A DNA stretch of 64,000 nt from positions 124,001-188,000 of the forward strand of contig CAZWTX010000001.1 in assembly GCA_964637135.1 (NCBI GenBank), written 5' to 3'. The translations under genes were made by a program, and so were the position numbers. Source of the DNA: an uncultured Methanospirillum sp. (GTDB lineage: Archaea; Halobacteriota; Methanomicrobia; Methanomicrobiales; Methanospirillaceae). The notes below the pieces were generated by a model, which was not told where the DNA came from, ran no database searches, and was given only the letters and a program-made list of their open reading frames with translations. Shown in pieces: positions 58,983-64,000 of the stretch; the first letter of the stretch is position 1; the number at the start of each line of letters is the position of its first letter.

Positions 58983-59849
58983 ATGATACGGCTGATCGAA
59001 TCACCGAACATTATCGCAGCAGCAGGTCAGCCTCCCAAGCAGATCGAGGAGTATATCGGGGCGGCGGTTACCGGGACCGATGCTCTCAGCATTGCCCGTA
59101 TGATCTCCCCTCCCGGATGGAGCGAGCCCGGACAGGCACCGGCATTCGACGAATACACGGTTGTGCTCAGGGGATCACTGTATCTTACCACCCCGGAAAA
59201 AGAGGTTATCGTAACCGCCGGCCAGGCAGTCATTGTCCCGGCACATACCCGGGTGAGATACAGCACCCCTGACGGGGCCGAGTATATTGCCGTGTGTCAT
59301 CCTGCGTTCACCGAAAACCGGGTCATGCGGGAGAACCAACATGATACAGGAGGCCCGGTCTCACTGGCCGGCACAACGGAGACGGTCACCTACGAGACCG
59401 GCGGAACCGGGATGTTCGATGAGATTGCCCGGCTCTGGCTCAGGCAGCGGGATCATCATGCTGCAACCTCCCGGTTCTTCGGAGAAGAGATCCAATCCCG
59501 TTCCTTTGAAGATCGGAAAGCCGAGATCCTCTCCCACAACAAAGACCGGTCCCTGTATCTCATTCTTGCCAGGAACACGGAGAACCAGGAACCTGTCGGG
59601 TTTGCGATCTCTTCCGGCGCAAGGGGAGAGAGCGGTGAGATAGAATCGATCTACGTCCTTCCTGCATTACGGGGATCCGGAATCGGAACTGAATTGATGA
59701 AGATGTCCCTTACCTGGATGGATTCCTGCGGATGTGACGGATGCCGGGTACTGGTTGGTGACGGAAATGAGAACGTTATTCCGTTCTACCGTCAGTTCGG
59801 ATTTTACCCACGGTTTCATCACCTGATTCAAAAAAAGGAGATACCATGA
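58983..59849 (+). CDS. Cupin-GNAT fusion protein
   Basis: GWSEPGQAPAFDEYTVVLRG (cupin) followed by EIESIYVLP..RGSGIG and FYRQFGF (GNAT). Confidence 0.8.
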   Translation: MIRLIESPNIIAAAGQPPKQIEEYIGAAVTGTDALSIARMISPPGWSEPGQAPAFDEYTVVLRGSLYLTTPEKEVIVTAGQAVIVPAHTRVRYSTPDGAEYIAVCHPAFTENRVMRENQHDTGGPVSLAGTTETVTYETGGTGMFDEIARLWLRQRDHHAATSRFFGEEIQSRSFEDRKAEILSHNKDRSLYLILARNTENQEPVGFAISSGARGESGEIESIYVLPALRGSGIGTELMKMSLTWMDSCGCDGCRVLVGDGNENVIPFYRQFGFYPRFHHLIQKKEIP

Positions 59850-60406
59850 AAAAAACAGCTCTTATCCTTGTCGATATCCAGAACGATTACTTCCCGGGCG
59901 GCGCAATGGAACTTGTCGGAAGCGTTGACGCCGGTAAAAATGCAGGACTCCTCCTCTCGGCTGCCCGGAAGGCGGACATCCCGGTCTTTCACATCAGGCA
60001 TATCTCGAACCGGCCGGGAGCGACGTTTTTCCTGCCGGGAACACCCGGCTCTGAAATCGCCGGGCCGGTCAGACCGAAGGAAGGCGAAGTCGTCATTCAG
60101 AAAGAACTTCCAAACAGTTTCAAAAACACGGATCTCCTTGATCATCTCAGGCGGGAAGCGATCACCGATCTCATCATTGCCGGCATGATGACCCACATGT
60201 GCATTGACTCCACCTGCCGGGCCGCTGCCGATCTCGGGTTTTCCTGCACGCTCGTCAACGATGCCTGTGCAACCCGGGATCTCTCCTTTGAAGGAAGCAC
60301 AATTTCGGCAGCAGCGGTTCAGACTGCCTTCATGGCTGCGTTATCCAGCCTCTTTGCCCGGCTCGTCCCGACCGAACGTATGGTCAGGGAACTGACCGGA
60401 CAATGA
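59846..60406 (+). CDS. Isochorismatase-family cysteine hydrolase
   Basis: ALILVDIQNDYF, K...NSF, GMMTHMC. Confidence 0.92.
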   Translation: MKKTALILVDIQNDYFPGGAMELVGSVDAGKNAGLLLSAARKADIPVFHIRHISNRPGATFFLPGTPGSEIAGPVRPKEGEVVIQKELPNSFKNTDLLDHLRREAITDLIIAGMMTHMCIDSTCRAAADLGFSCTLVNDACATRDLSFEGSTISAAAVQTAFMAALSSLFARLVPTERMVRELTGQ

Positions 60407-60463
60407 CCCGTACCAGGCAGGATTTGCACACCGGCCGGGCAGACGACCTGCCGGTAAAAAAGA

Positions 60464-61651
60464 TCAGGATTCCTTCAGGTAGTCATGAAGGATATCACCA
60501 AGCGTTGCAATGCCGTCCCGGATCTTCTCCTTGCTTGAATTCGAGAAATTCAGCCGGATTGTGCTGTCTCCTCCGCCATCCGTGTAGAACGGAATGCCCG
60601 GCAGGATGGCCACATTCCGGGCAATCGCCCGGTTGAAGACTTCCATCGAGGAATAATCCTCCGGAAGGGTGACCCAGAGGAACATGCCTCCGTCAGGGTC
60701 AGTGCAGGTGACTGATTCGGGGAATGACTCCCTGATGGCTGCTCTCATGCAGGCACACTGGTCCCGGTAGGTTGCCGTGATCTTCCCGATGTACGCATCA
60801 AGCGGGTAGTTTTCGAGGTAATCGCTGATGATCCGCTGGGTGAGGAAGTTTGAGTGAAGATCGGTTCCCTGCTTGACGGTGACTGCCTGGTTGATGATCT
60901 CTTCCGGTCCGCACAGCCAGCCCATCCGCATGCCGGGAGCGATGACTTTCGAGAATGAACCGGTCATGACCGCCTGGTCAGGAAGATACGACCGCATCAT
61001 CGGAAGGGACGTGCCGGTGAAGCGAATTTCCCCGTACGCGTCGTCTTCGACGAGGACCAGATCCTGATCCTGTGCAATGCCTGCGATCTCTTTCCTCCGC
61101 TCCCCGCTCCAGGTAACCCCGCTCGGATTCTGCGAGTTCGGGACTCCGTAGAAGAAGACCGGTTTTTTCTCTGCGGCCATCCGGGAAAACTGCTGTGGAT
61201 CCGGGCCGTTCATGTCAAGGGTGACCGCGGTGAACTCCGGTTCGTACATGGAAAAGGCCTGGATTGCCCCGAGGTACCCGGGCCGTTCCATCCCGACACA
61301 GCTTCCCTGGTTGATGAATACCTTCCCGATCAGGTCAAGGCACTGCTGGGATCCGTTCGTGATCAGGATCTCTTCAGGCGTGACGTTCAGGTTGTGCCGT
61401 TTCCTGTACCGTTCAGCAATCCATTCCCGAAGGGGGAGATACCCCTCGGTGGTCGAGTACTGGAGGGCCGATGCCCCGTTCTTCATGATCACGTTTTTTG
61501 CCGTCTCTGCGAGTTCCCCGACCGGGAAGAGGACGGGATTCGGAAGCCCGCCGGCAAACGAGATGATCTCCGGTTTTTCGGTTACTTTGAGTATTTCACG
61601 GATAAAGGACCGGGGAGTTTTTGCCATCCGGTCAGCGAAGGTATAATGCAT
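60464..61651 (-). CDS. PLP-dependent class I aminotransferase (LysN-like)
   Basis: ISFAGGLP, QNPSG, EDDAY, GSFSKVIAPGMRMGW. Confidence 0.92.
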   Translation of the reverse strand: MHYTFADRMAKTPRSFIREILKVTEKPEIISFAGGLPNPVLFPVGELAETAKNVIMKNGASALQYSTTEGYLPLREWIAERYRKRHNLNVTPEEILITNGSQQCLDLIGKVFINQGSCVGMERPGYLGAIQAFSMYEPEFTAVTLDMNGPDPQQFSRMAAEKKPVFFYGVPNSQNPSGVTWSGERRKEIAGIAQDQDLVLVEDDAYGEIRFTGTSLPMMRSYLPDQAVMTGSFSKVIAPGMRMGWLCGPEEIINQAVTVKQGTDLHSNFLTQRIISDYLENYPLDAYIGKITATYRDQCACMRAAIRESFPESVTCTDPDGGMFLWVTLPEDYSSMEVFNRAIARNVAILPGIPFYTDGGGDSTIRLNFSNSSKEKIRDGIATLGDILHDYLKES

Positions 61652-61832
61652 GCTCTCAGATGCATCAGCTCTGGTTCCATATCAGGTACTCCCGGCAGAA
61701 TTATGGCATTTTCAGAAATTTCCAAAAAGATAAGAACCGGACGACAATCAGGCACGACATCAGGTCTGAGACCGTCACCCGATGGTACAGACTGACCGGC
61801 ACTCATACCCGGATATCGAACGGGGAGTGATT

Positions 61833-62519
61833 CTAGGTTACCCGGGTATACGCCGGGAACGGTGCAGGGGTATCACCTGTGATGAGTATCCCGAGATGCG
61901 AGTAGGTTACCTTTGAATCGTCATCTCCGGGATTGGTTTCATAATCATGCCAGCGGGATACGAACTCATCGATCGGGATACATCCTCTCGTCCCGATAAG
62001 GGACGGATCTTCGAAATACACATTCCTGCTGTCAACCCCGATTACCACCATGTAGTGTCCGTCCTCCCAGACATCCTCCCAGTTGTCCGGTATATCGGTC
62101 ACCCAGTTCCCGTCGGAATCATACCATCCGTTCCAGGCCTGGACTGCGACTATGACCGGAGTGCCATTCTGCGTTAGTGATCTCAGGTCGTCAACGGTCA
62201 TATCCTCTTTCATGGAAGCAGACAATCCATATGCAGATGCGATATCGAGGATGTTCCCGGGAGGCGTTCCGACTTCCGGACTTGAATTGAGCTCTCCGAT
62301 AAGAGTATCCTCCCTGACGTCTCTACCCCAGTACGCCAGGACTGCCTGAAGAGAAGAAGCACCACAGCTGTATTCAGTACTCTGCCTGACATCAGGAACC
62401 GTCTGTAATATGACGGTTCCGGGATCGGGGACATCAGAATCCTGGCCGGCGACCGGGAGTACCATCATAAGATAGATCCACAGTCCGGTAAACAGATACC
62501 TGGCATGCATATGGTTCAT
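61833..62519 (-). CDS. Secreted C39-like cysteine peptidase
   Basis: Signal peptide; RQSTEYSCGA, GHYMVVIG, FEDP. Confidence 0.85.
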   Translation of the reverse strand: MNHMHARYLFTGLWIYLMMVLPVAGQDSDVPDPGTVILQTVPDVRQSTEYSCGASSLQAVLAYWGRDVREDTLIGELNSSPEVGTPPGNILDIASAYGLSASMKEDMTVDDLRSLTQNGTPVIVAVQAWNGWYDSDGNWVTDIPDNWEDVWEDGHYMVVIGVDSRNVYFEDPSLIGTRGCIPIDEFVSRWHDYETNPGDDDSKVTYSHLGILITGDTPAPFPAYTRVT

Positions 62520-62698
62520 GTACCTCCATCGGGTTTAACGCTCACCGGTTCAGATCTTCACCGTCCGCAGGGAAAGAGGTTTGACGTCCCCTGTTCAGGG
62601 TCAGATTCTGGATCCGGCTGTTCACGCCAAGCTCCCTGATACCGGGTGATCCCTGCAGATGGCAGGAAGATCTCCCAACCGGTCCGGATATCAACCGG

Positions 62699-63511
62699 TC
62701 AGCGGGGTTTTCCCGGGGAGACGTCCCGGTGGAACAATTCACGGAGGGATACCCCGGGATTGATGTATCGTGACCTTCCGGCTGTTTTCTTCCCTGCCTC
62801 GATGGCCTGGACCGGACAGTGATGGATACAGCCACAGCAGAGTTCACAATGATGGTTCCATACCGGCGTTGTATCAACAATCCTGATATTATCTGCCGGG
62901 CAAACCGCTACACAGATCCCGCACGAGGTACACTGTGGACCAACGGTGAATTTCCGGTCCTTCTCATGAACAGTCCTGATAAACCGGGGATAGAGGAGCC
63001 GGTACAGGAAGGATGTGATGAATGAACGGGAAGGAGGATGGATCAGGCATCCGGCTACCTCGCCGGTTATCTTCTCAATTTCCCGGTCTGCCGCAGCCAG
63101 GATATGTTCGCATTTGTCCACGGAGGGGGAATCATACATGAGGATATAGTTGCCCGGCATTATGACCGTATACCCGGCAGAAAGACCCATACCAGATCGG
63201 TTTTTGAGGATGCCGTCAAGCTGGGCAAGCGCTGCACCGCCCCCGCCACCCCCGTGAGTCAGGACCGCAAACGGGAATTTCACCCCGGAAAGATCCAGCC
63301 GGGCGGCGAATGACGCGACCATAGCGGGAAGGCCGGAGAAGTAGACCGGGGAGATGATCCCGACCCGTTCTGCCGGTGGGACAACATCCCCGGCAGTCTC
63401 ATTCATCGAAGGGATAGCGATCAATTCACACTCATCCAAGCCGGCGGCAATCTTTTTTGCTGCAGCAAGGGAATTTCCGGTCCCGGTGAAGTAGTAGAGG
63501 ACAGTCTTCAT
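62699..63511 (-). CDS. EFR1-type flavodoxin/ferredoxin protein
   Basis: YFTGTGNS, MPGNY, CTSCGICVAVCP, CELCCGCIHHCP. Confidence 0.9.
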   Translation of the reverse strand: MKTVLYYFTGTGNSLAAAKKIAAGLDECELIAIPSMNETAGDVVPPAERVGIISPVYFSGLPAMVASFAARLDLSGVKFPFAVLTHGGGGGGAALAQLDGILKNRSGMGLSAGYTVIMPGNYILMYDSPSVDKCEHILAAADREIEKITGEVAGCLIHPPSRSFITSFLYRLLYPRFIRTVHEKDRKFTVGPQCTSCGICVAVCPADNIRIVDTTPVWNHHCELCCGCIHHCPVQAIEAGKKTAGRSRYINPGVSLRELFHRDVSPGKPR

Positions 63512-63519
63512 GACGGTTT

Positions 63520-64000
63520 TCACTGAAGAGGTGTTTTCACCCTGTGAGGTAATGAATACTCCACTCCGACCAGTTTTGCATACCCCTTCAACCAGATCTC
63601 CTTTGCCTCGGCGGTATCCGGGAGCTCACTCATATAATGATGGAGGCCTGCGATAAGCGAACTGCAGAGGAGAGCAAGAGTCCGGGTATCAAAATTCGGA
63701 TGAATGATCCCGTTCTCAATCTGTCGTTCAAAGCCGGCCTGCATCATCCCGATGAACTCTTCATGATATCGGGGGTGAATATCCCTGAATAATGTATTTC
63801 GTCTTGTTACCTGGAAGATATCCAGGACAAGAACCTTGTATTTCAGGCTGAATTCAACCGCTGCATCAAAGTATGCACCTGCATTCGCGAGGATATCATC
63901 TCCGTCGAACAATACCTCCTGGATCTGTTCGTACTCGGTTACCGCCGTTTCGACGATTGATGACAGGAAGAGTTCGTCCTTGCCCTTGAAATACCGGTAA
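63520..64000 (-). CDS. TetR/AcrR-family regulator (5' end outside the window)
   Basis: Frame open to the window edge and reads YRYFKGKDELF (end of the TetR HTH). Confidence 0.85.
   Translation of the reverse strand, partial: YRYFKGKDELFLSSIVETAVTEYEQIQEVLFDGDDILANAGAYFDAAVEFSLKYKVLVLDIFQVTRRNTLFRDIHPRYHEEFIGMMQAGFERQIENGIIHPNFDTRTLALLCSSLIAGLHHYMSELPDTAEAKEIWLKGYAKLVGVEYSLPHRVKTPLQ

Overview
Archaeal chromosome window whose gene content points to a Methanomicrobiales methanogen, probably Methanospirillum-like (hypD, fmdE, fdhD, ppdK, Cache/PAS sensors, PEGA protein with a C-terminal sorting signal); this assignment is an inference. Most of the window is housekeeping, metal/anion transport and signalling genes. 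The main accessory feature is a ~6.7-kb AT-rich element integrated at the 3' end of tRNA-Arg(CCG) and bounded by a 15-bp direct repeat (4602-4616 and 11262-11276). Most of it is decayed: an interrupted tyrosine integrase, an IS66-like left-end stump, a virus-like gene with an in-frame stop, and an Excalibur-domain relic. A co-oriented gene pair inside it is intact: a GHKL/MORC-type ATPase with a C-terminal HEPN-like RxxxxH domain, followed by a B12-binding radical SAM enzyme. This pair is my best candidate for an undescribed defence or nucleic-acid modification system. Other notable items are an attP that would form a long palindrome overlapping the integrase start, a PAPS-reductase/cysteine-desulfurase fusion, a radical SAM/solute-binding fusion, an AT-rich papain-repeat plus chagasin protease/inhibitor pair spanning a 100-N gap, and a 108-bp tandem-repeat PEGA surface protein. 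All family calls come from recognising motifs by eye; no database searches were run.
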